64,000 bases of DNA from an uncultured Acidimicrobiia bacterium (lineage in GTDB: Bacteria; Acidobacteriota; Terriglobia; Versatilivoradales; Versatilivoraceae): contig CAWBTP010000015.1 in the NCBI GenBank assembly GCA_963791795.1, positions 42,822-106,821 of the forward strand, written 5' to 3'. The translations under genes and the position numbers were made by a program. Each line of letters starts with the position of its first letter. Position 1 is the stretch's first letter. Under the pieces are notes generated by a model that was given only the letters and a program-made list of their open reading frames with translations, ran no database searches and was not told the origin of the DNA. Shown piece by piece: positions 30,777-39,572 of the stretch.

Positions 30777-30965
30777 GTGAATCCCGGAAACGAGAAAACT
30801 CCCCAGGACACTGGGGAGTTTTTCACTTTCAAGACAGAGACACATTAACTCACGTCTCTCTATCATGCTTTCCTGTCACACTGAGATTGTTGACCACCTT
30901 ACGAACTCCGCTCACGGCTTGCGCGATTTTTTCCGCAAGTAGTTTTTCGGTTCGAGCGGAAACCA
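30643..30965. repeat. copy 1 of ~320-bp direct repeat (Gsp 3' end + bidirectional terminator + orphan 3' fragment of BON gene)
   Basis: About 85% identical to 39375-39695. Contains the intact 3' end of the Gsp-like gene, the ACTCCCCA-GGACAC-TGGGGAGT terminator, and on the minus strand an out-of-context remnant encoding ..VVSARTEKLLAEKIAQAVSGVRKVVNNLSVTGKHDRET* (homolog of the BON protein C-terminus). Confidence 0.7.
30794..30824. terminator. bidirectional rho-independent terminator
   Basis: GAAAA-ACTCCCCA-GGACAC-TGGGGAGT-TTTTT: 8-bp GC-rich stem flanked by A-run and T-run. Confidence 0.6.
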
Positions 30966-30967
30966 CC

Positions 30968-32677
30968 TTACTTTGAGTTCTTGCCAGAGGGCACACTTCC
31001 AAGATTAGCCAGCATCTCCCGAATCATTCTCGAATCCGGATTGAACTCTAGAGCCCGGAGGAGATGCTCTCTCGCCAGAAAGGCATTTCCAGTGCGGAGC
31101 CGAGCCAACGCCAGATAGACGCTGGCTGTCTCCAGCCCAGGATTTCGCTTCAACGCATCCTGCCACAGCGAGATCGCTTCTTGAAACTGCTGCTGCTGAG
31201 CCAACAAGGCGCCCAGATTGAGAAGCGCAACAATTTCTGACGGGTCAACTGCGAGAGTTCTCCTATAGAGTTGCGTCGCCTTGTTCCGGTCTTGCTTCCC
31301 ATCATGGTGAAATGCGAGTTGAAGCAGGGCTGGTGCGTCACTTGAAAGCTGATTCTCGACGCCCTTTAGCAATTCGAAACTCCTCTCGGCAAACGCCCGA
31401 TGCTTCTGCACAGTAGCGACTTCCGCATAAGCAAGGCCCAGATCTCTTGAAGTGGCGGCAGAAAAGCCGAAAGGTTGCAGAGTCGTTCCTGACACCTTGA
31501 CGCTTCCTTTTGTCTGGGGGCGAAGCCGTCGAGGTATGGAATGATCAGTGAACACCGTATGCCCGACGTCTACGGTCGGACTCTTGGGCATGTGGCAGGC
31601 CAAGCAATTGTCAGCCGCCTGCGCGCGCGTTTCACGGCTGGCCTTGCAGCCCTCGTTTTCGTGGCAGGCCAGACATTTCCGGCGGTAGTGCTCAACTCGC
31701 GCCGAAGCAGCAATCGTCTTGTGGACGCTGTGGCAGCTTCCACACCAAAGTCGGGTTTCACTCGCCTGCTGACACCGGCTCTGCGAAAGCTTCTCAACAT
31801 GACTGGTCACGGTGAGGTTGTCCGTTTGTTTGTCTGACCAGACAAACGAAAGCACATGTTCCGAGAGAAGGTCTCCCGACCTGAAAGCCAATTTGTCACT
31901 TCCAGCTTTGCGGATGCGGGCTTCGCCGCTCAAATGGCAGTTGGAGCAAACACTGTCGCGACGAGATGGCTCGAGTTTGACCGGGTTGACGATATCAGGC
32001 AGCCCCATGGGATCCTGATTCTGCTTGCGGGACACATGACCCGCCCCCGATCCGTGACAGCGTTCACAACTGACACCTTCCTCAAGAAATGGCGGTTCCG
32101 TGAAGCCATTTTGTGTACCCGCGATTGGCTTCAGCCGGCTGGCGTGGCACTCCAGGCAGCGGACTTCGATGGGACGAGACAAGTGGGCGTGGTCGTACTC
32201 TTGAAAGCCTGGAGAGATATCCCACTTCCGTGTTTGAGCGTAATAAGAGACCGGCGCTTGAAAGAGGTGGCCCTCCACTACGGAGATGTAGCTGCGGCCA
32301 GCAGCGCCCGAACCAATGAAGTAGTCCAGACGGCGCTTGCCGCGCAGGTCGTCCTGCTGCCTCCGCTGGTTGCTCCGCAGGAACTCGAAAACTGTTTGAT
32401 TCTTCTCCTTGGAAATTCGATAGGTCACGCCTGACTTCGGGTGAGCAAAGGTGGCTTGACCTAGGCTCTCCTGGAAGCCCAAACCGTCCATTCGCCCGCT
32501 ACTGAGTGCCATCGGTGTCTGCGCGTAGCTCTTGGCGATTTCCGCATGGCAGCTCGTACAAACGGTGCTGCCTATGTAGCCATCGCGAGGCTGGTCTCTT
32601 GATTGCGGATGGAGAGTTGCTGTGAGTACCGACGCAGAAAGTGAAAAGCTGAAACAGCAGAAACGAAAGAAACGCAT
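30968..32677 (-). CDS. secreted multiheme c-type cytochrome (7 CxxCH) fused to C-terminal TPR domain
   Basis: Signal peptide. CTSCH, CLECH, CERCH, CSNCH, CGSCH, CLACH, CLACH heme-binding motifs. C-terminal ~170 aa form TPR repeats (..ATQLYRRTLAVDP..ALLNLGALLAQQQQFQEAISLWQDALKRNP..). Confidence 0.85.
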   Translation of the reverse strand: MRFFRFCCFSFSLSASVLTATLHPQSRDQPRDGYIGSTVCTSCHAEIAKSYAQTPMALSSGRMDGLGFQESLGQATFAHPKSGVTYRISKEKNQTVFEFLRSNQRRQQDDLRGKRRLDYFIGSGAAGRSYISVVEGHLFQAPVSYYAQTRKWDISPGFQEYDHAHLSRPIEVRCLECHASRLKPIAGTQNGFTEPPFLEEGVSCERCHGSGAGHVSRKQNQDPMGLPDIVNPVKLEPSRRDSVCSNCHLSGEARIRKAGSDKLAFRSGDLLSEHVLSFVWSDKQTDNLTVTSHVEKLSQSRCQQASETRLWCGSCHSVHKTIAASARVEHYRRKCLACHENEGCKASRETRAQAADNCLACHMPKSPTVDVGHTVFTDHSIPRRLRPQTKGSVKVSGTTLQPFGFSAATSRDLGLAYAEVATVQKHRAFAERSFELLKGVENQLSSDAPALLQLAFHHDGKQDRNKATQLYRRTLAVDPSEIVALLNLGALLAQQQQFQEAISLWQDALKRNPGLETASVYLALARLRTGNAFLAREHLLRALEFNPDSRMIREMLANLGSVPSGKNSK

Positions 32678-32930
32678 GTATGATCGGCAGGCGTTTGATT
32701 CGAGGAATCAAACCTCAACGCTGTGCTGGCCGCTCCCGTGGTGCGACTTTCGAGTTGCCTCAAGCCCGGACTAGAAAGTCCAGCGTCTACAGGCTAGAAG
32801 CCTGCACCACAAGACTGACTCTCGTCGCTTCAGGTTGTGGTGCGGGCGTCTCGCCTGCACGAAGAGTGTAGGAACCACAGGGAGCGGCCATCCGCTCCCG
32901 CTACAGAGTCGCTGTGGCTCAATCTTATCC

Positions 32931-35900
32931 TTAGAAGGTGTATCTCAAACCGATCTGACCAATGCGTGGGCCGGAAACAAGGCTCACCTGGCCGAAACGA
33001 GGATCCAACACACCGGTGACGATCCCGGAAACGATGTGGCGGTTGAAGACGTTGAGCAACTCGCCCGTGATGGTGATTTCGTGTCCTTCCCGTATTTTCA
33101 GGACCTTTCGAATCCCAAGATCCTCAGACACACTCCAGGGATCGCGGATGTCGGAAGTAAACCCGGCGTTCCCCAGGGTAAAAGCACGATGATCGGAAAA
33201 CACTCCAGATTGCACATAGCGGTGATCCGAGTAGTTGCCTTGCGCGATGGCGGCGAAATTCAACTTATCACGATCAAATCCAGCCAGCAGGGAACCGCCA
33301 TCCGGATTGGAGAGATCGGGACGACCAGCCCGTCCATTCCAGCCCGGGATACCACTACCCGTAAAGCGTAAAGGTGTGCCGCTGGCATAGTTCCCGATGA
33401 AATTCAGATTCCATCCGCCCACGATCGCGTCCAAAACGCCGTTCATATTGCTGAAGAACGTTCTACCGCGACCAATCGGGATGTCGTAGATGATCGCCAT
33501 CTTGATAGTGTGGGTCTGATCGTTGTCTGCAATGCCCTTTTCCAAGTTGAGATTGTAGTAGTCGACCGGGCGGTTGGCGTTATCACCTCTTAGCGTGGAC
33601 TCCATGTTTTGAATCGTCTTCGACAGGTTGTAGTTAGCATAGATATTGAGCCCCCTCGAAGACCGTTTGTTCAGGATGAGCTGCATCGAGTGGTAGGTGG
33701 AGTGTCCGATAGGCGCGTTGTAAGTCGTCAGCCCAATACCATTCCTGGCCAGATGCGGAAACGGCACTAGCGCCTGCCAGAGTTGGCCGCCGGCGAAGGC
33801 TGGATAGGGCAATCGCGACAGCCCGAATCGCTGCGCATCGGCGTCCGTATTGAGAATTGAAACCAGGTTGGTCCCGAGGCTCAGATGCTTGGCATCGAGC
33901 TGGTTTTTTTGCGCGATGTCATTCACCGCCCAGAGTCCGGAAGATTTGTTTCCAACGTATCCGACATCGATGGTCATCGTCGACGTGACTTCGCGCTGGA
34001 TGTTCAAATTCCACTGCTGCGTAAAGGGCACCTTGCCAGCGCCCGGATCCCAATGGGTTACGCCACCCGCTCTCCATGAAGTGGGATCCAACGCCGGTGC
34101 AATGTAGTTACCCGGAAATCCACTGTCCCAATTGAACACAGAAGTATAGTTCAGCGGATTATTCACGTTGTTCGTGCCTGCGAATCCGCGGTTGAACGGA
34201 GTTCCCGAGAATCCGTTGAAGACCACCGGGCTGTAGAAGATGCCGTAGGCCGAACGGATCGAAGTTTTTCCGTCAGGCGAGTAGGCAAAGCCAAACCGCG
34301 GGCTAAAGTTCTTCTTGTCACTTGCAACGAACGTGCGGCTACCGGTTCGCCCAGCCCCTTCCCCGGCAAAAACCACAGCGCCTTTCATGCCCGTCAGAGG
34401 GTCTATCAGGTCGAGATTGAAATCCGATGTCCGATCAGCCACTTCCACTGGAGGTGGTTGAAATTCGTAGCGGAGTCCGATGTTCAATGTAAGCTTCGGC
34501 GACACCTTGAAGTCATCCTGAACAAAGCCGCTGTAATAGTACGTCCTTCCACCAGACACCAGCGGCGCTCCCACGCTGGCGTTGTTGACGCCGCCGAGCA
34601 AGAACGAAGCAAAAGAATGGCCGACAAAATTCACGCCCGGAATTCCGGTCTGCTCCGACGTGAAATTGAAGGTTCCGGCAAGATTTCCACGCGGCCGGTT
34701 GTTCTGCTGGTTCCCGCGAAAGTCGACACCGAATTTCAAGTTGTGCTTGCCTTTCGTCCAACTCACAGTGTCACCAATCGCCCAGGAGTTGTAAGCTTGA
34801 AAGTCATCCTGAGGATCGCCAATGGCATCGAAGGCGACTCCAGCGGGTCCAGCGCCCCAGTTAATTCTGGGACACGGTCCATCCTGCAAGATACCAGTGA
34901 TACCCAACAAAGCTCCGCAACCATCCTCCACATGAGCCGAACGGTTCGGATTTCCCATGCGATTGTAGGAAATGATGAAGTGATTCAGAACGGTCGGTGA
35001 AACCGTGAAGTCGTGTGCGATTCTCGCGAGCCAGGAATTGACAGTCTGCCTCCGGGCTGCCGATAGCGGCCCTCCTTCCTCTTCTCTCGGGTCCCACGGC
35101 CCGCCGGCATCCAACAGCAATCGGGGACGGATGTTGCGAGCCAGGCTGCCGCTGATCCTCTGACGTTGGGAAATGTTATGGTCGATCTTGAAGGACCATT
35201 GATTCTGATCGAAGAACGGAGTCTGCGTAATCGGGAACAGATTGTTGGCCACCAGGGCACTGCTGACCGGAGCATAGTATTGCTTGCCTATGGCGCCGAT
35301 TCTCTTCGAAACCTGGCTGATGCGATCGGCAGGAATGATGTTTCCCGGAAATGGATCTGCCACGAATTGGCCGTTCACCTGGCGCAGAGTCCGTGGATCA
35401 TAGATGGCCCCGCGAAAGATGGGACGGCCCAGGGCATCGACACCGTTTTGTGTGGTGGTCAGCAGCCGACTGAGGTTTCCATCGTACATCTCCACCTGTG
35501 GAACGCTGCGGTTCGGTGCGCCAAAAGCGAGCTCCCGTTGCCGGTATCGCTCGAGGGCAAAGAAGAAAAACGACTTGTCTTTGCCGTTGTAGATCTTCGG
35601 TATGTAGATGGGAGCGCCGAAGCTGCCGCCAAAATTCTGTTTACGCTCCTGAGCGCGCGGTCGGCCTGTGGCGTTGTTGGCGAAACTGTTTGCATTGAAG
35701 GCTTCATTACGCAACTGTCCGAACAAACTGCCGTGAGGCGCGTTCTGGCCGGAACGCATCACAAAGTTAAAAACGCCGCCACCGGTTCTTCCATACTCTG
35801 CGGAGAGACCGCTGGTCTGGATCTTGAACTCTTCGAGAGCTTCCATCGAAACGCTGCTCTCTCCGAAATGCCCCGACAGGTATGTTGTCACCGACGCTCC

Positions 35901-36464
35901 ATCCAGCAATACTTCCTTTGAGAACGCCGGGGATCCATTGATGCGCGACGTCCAGGTGTTGCCCTCCACTCCGGGAGTCAACCGGTAAGCAAAGTTTTCC
36001 GGCTGTCGCCCTCCACCAAAGGAGAGCGGCAAGTCAAAAATGTAGTCGCGCACAACGGTAGTCCCTACTTCAGGCGTCTCAGTCTGCAGCAGGGCTGCCT
36101 CAGCCACGACGCTAATCACTTCCTTCTCTGAGCCCACCTCAAGCTGGGCATCCAGGCGGAGAACCTGCGAAATCTGAAGTGTAATATTCTCGCGTTGCTG
36201 AACCTTGAAACCGGGAGCTTCAAATTTGATTGAGTAGGTTCCGATAGGAAGATTGGGCACGTTGTACTGGCCAACGTCGTTTGTCTGGGTTGGATAGACA
36301 GCATTCGTTCCGGTCATAGTGATCACGACGCTGGCGTTTGGAATCGCTGCGCCACTCGCATCCAACACGGTTCCGGTGAGGGTGCCGCGATCCAGTTGGG
36401 CGTAACCTGGGCTAGCGACCAACAACACGATAAGTACAAGTCCACGAAGACCCTTGTTGCTCAT
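32931..36464 (-). CDS. TonB-dependent receptor with N-terminal carboxypeptidase-regulatory-like domain
   Basis: 1177 aa, AAGGAGG RBS, signal peptide. N-terminal ..GTLTGTVLDASGAAIPNASVVIT.. CarboxypepD_reg domain, plug and 22-strand barrel. C-terminal ..GLRYTF with terminal Phe. Confidence 0.9.
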   Translation of the reverse strand: MSNKGLRGLVLIVLLVASPGYAQLDRGTLTGTVLDASGAAIPNASVVITMTGTNAVYPTQTNDVGQYNVPNLPIGTYSIKFEAPGFKVQQRENITLQISQVLRLDAQLEVGSEKEVISVVAEAALLQTETPEVGTTVVRDYIFDLPLSFGGGRQPENFAYRLTPGVEGNTWTSRINGSPAFSKEVLLDGASVTTYLSGHFGESSVSMEALEEFKIQTSGLSAEYGRTGGGVFNFVMRSGQNAPHGSLFGQLRNEAFNANSFANNATGRPRAQERKQNFGGSFGAPIYIPKIYNGKDKSFFFFALERYRQRELAFGAPNRSVPQVEMYDGNLSRLLTTTQNGVDALGRPIFRGAIYDPRTLRQVNGQFVADPFPGNIIPADRISQVSKRIGAIGKQYYAPVSSALVANNLFPITQTPFFDQNQWSFKIDHNISQRQRISGSLARNIRPRLLLDAGGPWDPREEEGGPLSAARRQTVNSWLARIAHDFTVSPTVLNHFIISYNRMGNPNRSAHVEDGCGALLGITGILQDGPCPRINWGAGPAGVAFDAIGDPQDDFQAYNSWAIGDTVSWTKGKHNLKFGVDFRGNQQNNRPRGNLAGTFNFTSEQTGIPGVNFVGHSFASFLLGGVNNASVGAPLVSGGRTYYYSGFVQDDFKVSPKLTLNIGLRYEFQPPPVEVADRTSDFNLDLIDPLTGMKGAVVFAGEGAGRTGSRTFVASDKKNFSPRFGFAYSPDGKTSIRSAYGIFYSPVVFNGFSGTPFNRGFAGTNNVNNPLNYTSVFNWDSGFPGNYIAPALDPTSWRAGGVTHWDPGAGKVPFTQQWNLNIQREVTSTMTIDVGYVGNKSSGLWAVNDIAQKNQLDAKHLSLGTNLVSILNTDADAQRFGLSRLPYPAFAGGQLWQALVPFPHLARNGIGLTTYNAPIGHSTYHSMQLILNKRSSRGLNIYANYNLSKTIQNMESTLRGDNANRPVDYYNLNLEKGIADNDQTHTIKMAIIYDIPIGRGRTFFSNMNGVLDAIVGGWNLNFIGNYASGTPLRFTGSGIPGWNGRAGRPDLSNPDGGSLLAGFDRDKLNFAAIAQGNYSDHRYVQSGVFSDHRAFTLGNAGFTSDIRDPWSVSEDLGIRKVLKIREGHEITITGELLNVFNRHIVSGIVTGVLDPRFGQVSLVSGPRIGQIGLRYTF

Positions 36465-36851
36465 GGCAAACTCCTCCTTGGTCTAAACGGAGCAATAGAG
36501 AGTGTGAAAAACCCACGCAAAGAGAACCGGCACGAGAGTGGGAGGGCGAGTTCCAGTCGTCTGGCCGGCGCGAACGGATCTGCGATCTAATGATTGCCTA
36601 AGTAACTTTAGGCTATCAGCTAAGGACCAGCCGGGCAAGAGCAAATCAGCACCAGAGACGGGACCTTGTAGGACACTATCACGATGGTCGCCGATGTGAG
36701 AGCCAACCGGTCCAGTAACATCGTAATGAACCAAGCTTGGAATTCTAGTTTCACGTTCGGTCTAGTGCGAGTGGTGTTGTGTTACCCTCATTAGAACGTG
36801 TCTGAAAATCGCTGAGCCAGAGCGCGCAGGGATGCATTTGGTGTCTTGGTT

Positions 36852-36918
36852 CGTCATTCCCGCGAAAGCGGGAATCCAGCCTGGATTCCGGCTCGCGCTG
36901 CGCTTGGCCGGAATGACG
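36852..36918 (+). promoter_or_regulatory. nested palindrome / possible structured leader element upstream of the ASPIC gene
   Basis: Outer 9-bp inverted repeat CGTCATTCC..GGAATGACG enclosing ATTCCCGC-GAAA-GCGGGAAT, GGAATCCA-GCC-TGGATTCC and CCGGC..GCCGG hairpins that overlap one another (mutually exclusive folds). Lies 68-134 nt upstream of the ATG at 36986. Confidence 0.35.
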
Positions 36919-36985
36919 CAAGTTGTCTACCGAACCTCAGCCTGCAACTCCCAGGCCAGGTTTTCAAACACCCTTAGCGAACTCC

Positions 36986-39349
36986 ATGCGTCGAATTTCC
37001 TGGATCGTCATTTTCTCCTGGCTGGCTACCACTCTGGTTGCCCAGTCTGAGCTGGACAGAATTCGAGAGCTCATTCGCGTCGGCGAGGTTCAGCAGGCCC
37101 GCCAGCGGCTGGAACCTCTGCTCTTGAAAGCAGGCGGGAATCAGGCTGAGCTCCACTACCTGATGGGCGTGATCGCACTCCAGCTCGAAGACTACGCAAA
37201 AGCTGTTTCCCACCTTAGAATCGCGACCCAAGCTGATCCAAACAGCGCAGCAATCCTGAAGCTTCTTGTCAAAGCCCAGTTGCTGTCAGGGCAAAGACTC
37301 GAAGTCGAAGCCTCGTTGCAGAAAGCAGCTCGTCTGTCACCTGATGATGCTGAGGTCTGGTCCCTATTGGGCAGGCTCTATCAGGAATCGAGCCGTTTCA
37401 AGGAGGCTGTTCAGCCATTGGAGCGGGCCGTCGAGCTCAATCCATCGGACGTCTCAGGTTGGGCATCGCTGGCCTTCACCTGGTTTGGATTGGGCGATGC
37501 GCAAAAGGCCGTGGGTTTGTTCGAGCGGGCGGTTGCCGAGAACGAACGGAGTCCGAAGCCAATGGCAGCGCCGCACGCTTCGTTTGCCACAGTGCTGCTA
37601 CGGCTCGGACGGGTGAATGAGGCAGATAAACAGATTCGCAAGGCTTCGACGATCAATCCCCGCGATCGCACGTTACTGGAAGCCCAACGAGCGCTGCAGG
37701 TACGTTCCCGGCTGGATCTCGTGCCCTCGACGAAATCTGAGGTCTTGCCCTCACCTCGATTCCAAGACGTCGCGACGCGAGCGGGATTGGACATCCGGCT
37801 GGAACACTCGCCGACGGCGGCCAAACATCAGATCGAAACTATGCCTGGAGGAGTGGCTGTGCTGGACTTCGACCAGGACGGATTCATGGACATCTACTTC
37901 ACGAACGGCGCCGAAAGTCCCTCACTGCGCAAGAACAGCCCGCGCTACAACAACCGCCTATACAGGAACAATGGGAATCTGACATTCAGCGACGTCACGG
38001 CACGAGCAGGCGTGGCGAGTGCAGGATACACGATGGCCGCCGCTGCGTCTGATTTTGACAACGATGGCTATCCGGACCTCTTTGTTGCCGGAGTAGATCG
38101 AAACTTTCTCTATCACAACAATCGAGATGGAAGCTTTACGGATATAGCGAAATCATCAAACCTTGTCCGACCTCATCCACAGTTCGGCAAGATGTGGGGG
38201 ATTCATGGCGCCTGGTTCGACTATGACCGGGACGGCTGGCTCGACTTGCTGGTGGTGAACTATTGCCGATGGAACCCTGAAACGGAGCCCTTCTGTGGCG
38301 ACACACGCCCCGGCCATCGCACCTATTGTCATCCTGGAAAGTACGGCCCTCTTCCAAACCAGCTCTTTCGCAATAAGGGTGATGGAACGTTTGTAGATGT
38401 ATCCATCTCTTCAGGCATAGGCAAGCACCTGGGAAAGGGCATGGGCGCTGCAGTCGCGGATGTAGACAACGACGGCTGGCCTGATCTCTTTGTCGCTAAC
38501 GATTCGGAACCCAACTTTCTTTTTCGTAACCTGGGTAATGGCGGGTTCGAGGAAATTGCCGCCGCCAGGGGTGTGGCGTTCAACCAGTTTGGAACACCCG
38601 TCTCCTCAATGGGCGTCGACTTTCGCGATTTCGACAATGATGGTCGCCCCGATCTCTTTGTCACCACTCTCTCCAACGAAGGGTTTCTCCTTTTCCGCAA
38701 TCGGGAAGGTTTGTTTGATGATATTGCCGACCCAGCTCGGGTGGGCTTGGCAAGTCTGCCCTTCAGCGGATGGAGCAACGTGATTGCGGATTTCAACAAC
38801 GATGGGTGGAAGGACTTGTTTTCAGCCAATGGACATGTTCTTGACAATATCGAGCTCACTCAGAGTCGGACTTATCGTCAGGCGAATTCTCTCTTCCTGA
38901 ATGCAGGTGACGGCGTCTTCCGGGATGTCTCGTCTGAGGTTGGTCTCGAGCGGAAGGCCGCGCATCGCGGAGCGGCCCTGGCAGACTTCAACAACGACGG
39001 GAAAATGGACCTTGTCGTAACAGCGCTCGGAGAGACTCCGAGCCTGCTCCAGAACCAAGGGGTTGATGCCAGTCATTGGCTACTGGTGGTACTGCATGGA
39101 GGCAAGTCGAATCGGGAAGGATTAGGCGCCGTGGTAAAGGCCGAGACTGAGGATGGGCGGCTGCTGTGGAACCACGCAACAAGCTCTGTGGGGTATGCTT
39201 CTTCCAGCGATCCACGCATTCATTTCGGTTTGGGAAAGAGCAAAGCTGTCAGGCGTCTTGAAATCCAATGGCCGAGCGGAATTCATCAGGTGCTACAGAG
39301 AGTGAGTGCGGATCAGATTATCGCGATAACAGAGCCGACACCGAAGTAA
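36986..39349 (+). CDS. secreted CRTAC1-like protein: TPR + FG-GAP/VCBS repeats + ASPIC/UnbV domain
   Basis: ATG 36986 (MRRISWIVIFSWLATTLVAQS signal peptide). N-terminal TPR region, repeated DxDxDGxxD FG-GAP motifs (DFDQDGFMDIYF, DFDNDGYPDLFV, DVDNDGWPDLFV, DFNNDGWKDLF..). C-terminal ..LGAVVKAETEDGRLLWNHATSSVGYASSSDPRIHFGLG.. ASPIC/UnbV. Confidence 0.85.
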   Translation: MRRISWIVIFSWLATTLVAQSELDRIRELIRVGEVQQARQRLEPLLLKAGGNQAELHYLMGVIALQLEDYAKAVSHLRIATQADPNSAAILKLLVKAQLLSGQRLEVEASLQKAARLSPDDAEVWSLLGRLYQESSRFKEAVQPLERAVELNPSDVSGWASLAFTWFGLGDAQKAVGLFERAVAENERSPKPMAAPHASFATVLLRLGRVNEADKQIRKASTINPRDRTLLEAQRALQVRSRLDLVPSTKSEVLPSPRFQDVATRAGLDIRLEHSPTAAKHQIETMPGGVAVLDFDQDGFMDIYFTNGAESPSLRKNSPRYNNRLYRNNGNLTFSDVTARAGVASAGYTMAAAASDFDNDGYPDLFVAGVDRNFLYHNNRDGSFTDIAKSSNLVRPHPQFGKMWGIHGAWFDYDRDGWLDLLVVNYCRWNPETEPFCGDTRPGHRTYCHPGKYGPLPNQLFRNKGDGTFVDVSISSGIGKHLGKGMGAAVADVDNDGWPDLFVANDSEPNFLFRNLGNGGFEEIAAARGVAFNQFGTPVSSMGVDFRDFDNDGRPDLFVTTLSNEGFLLFRNREGLFDDIADPARVGLASLPFSGWSNVIADFNNDGWKDLFSANGHVLDNIELTQSRTYRQANSLFLNAGDGVFRDVSSEVGLERKAAHRGAALADFNNDGKMDLVVTALGETPSLLQNQGVDASHWLLVVLHGGKSNREGLGAVVKAETEDGRLLWNHATSSVGYASSSDPRIHFGLGKSKAVRRLEIQWPSGIHQVLQRVSADQIIAITEPTPK

Positions 39350-39374
39350 CGGCCCCGAATGCAGTCCAAGCAGC

Positions 39375-39471
39375 GACAGGCCGGCTGCGCGGAGGGTTCA
39401 GCGTGCGGCGTCCAGCGTCACCAGATACAGTGGGGTCGAACGTCGGCAACCCATCGATACAACGGTGTTGA
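39375..39471 (+). pseudogene. frame-disrupted remnant of Gsp17M-like gene 3' end
   Basis: Aligns with 30643-30776 (..RRAQRAASSVTNYSGVERRQFDPDYRYNGVERRHEAPYV*) but carries a ~10-nt deletion. One frame reads ..RRPASPDTVGSNVGN.., the other ..RYNGVDRRAEAPCV*. It begins 26 nt after the ASPIC gene stop. Confidence 0.45.
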
Positions 39472-39513
39472 TAGACGTGCTGAGGCACCGTGTGTGTAAG
39501 TGAACTCCGGGAG

Positions 39514-39548
39514 CGAAAAAAACTCCCCAGGACACTGGGGAGTTTTTA
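39514..39548. terminator. bidirectional rho-independent terminator (second copy)
   Basis: GAAAAAA-ACTCCCCA-GGACAC-TGGGGAGT-TTTT, identical stem-loop to 30794-30824. Confidence 0.6.
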
Positions 39549-39572
39549 GTGTCAAGATAGAGAGGCACTGAC

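Noticed and set aside
36832-37050. 72-aa + strand ORF
   Set aside because: It spans the palindromic leader element and runs into the ASPIC gene out of frame, with no RBS.
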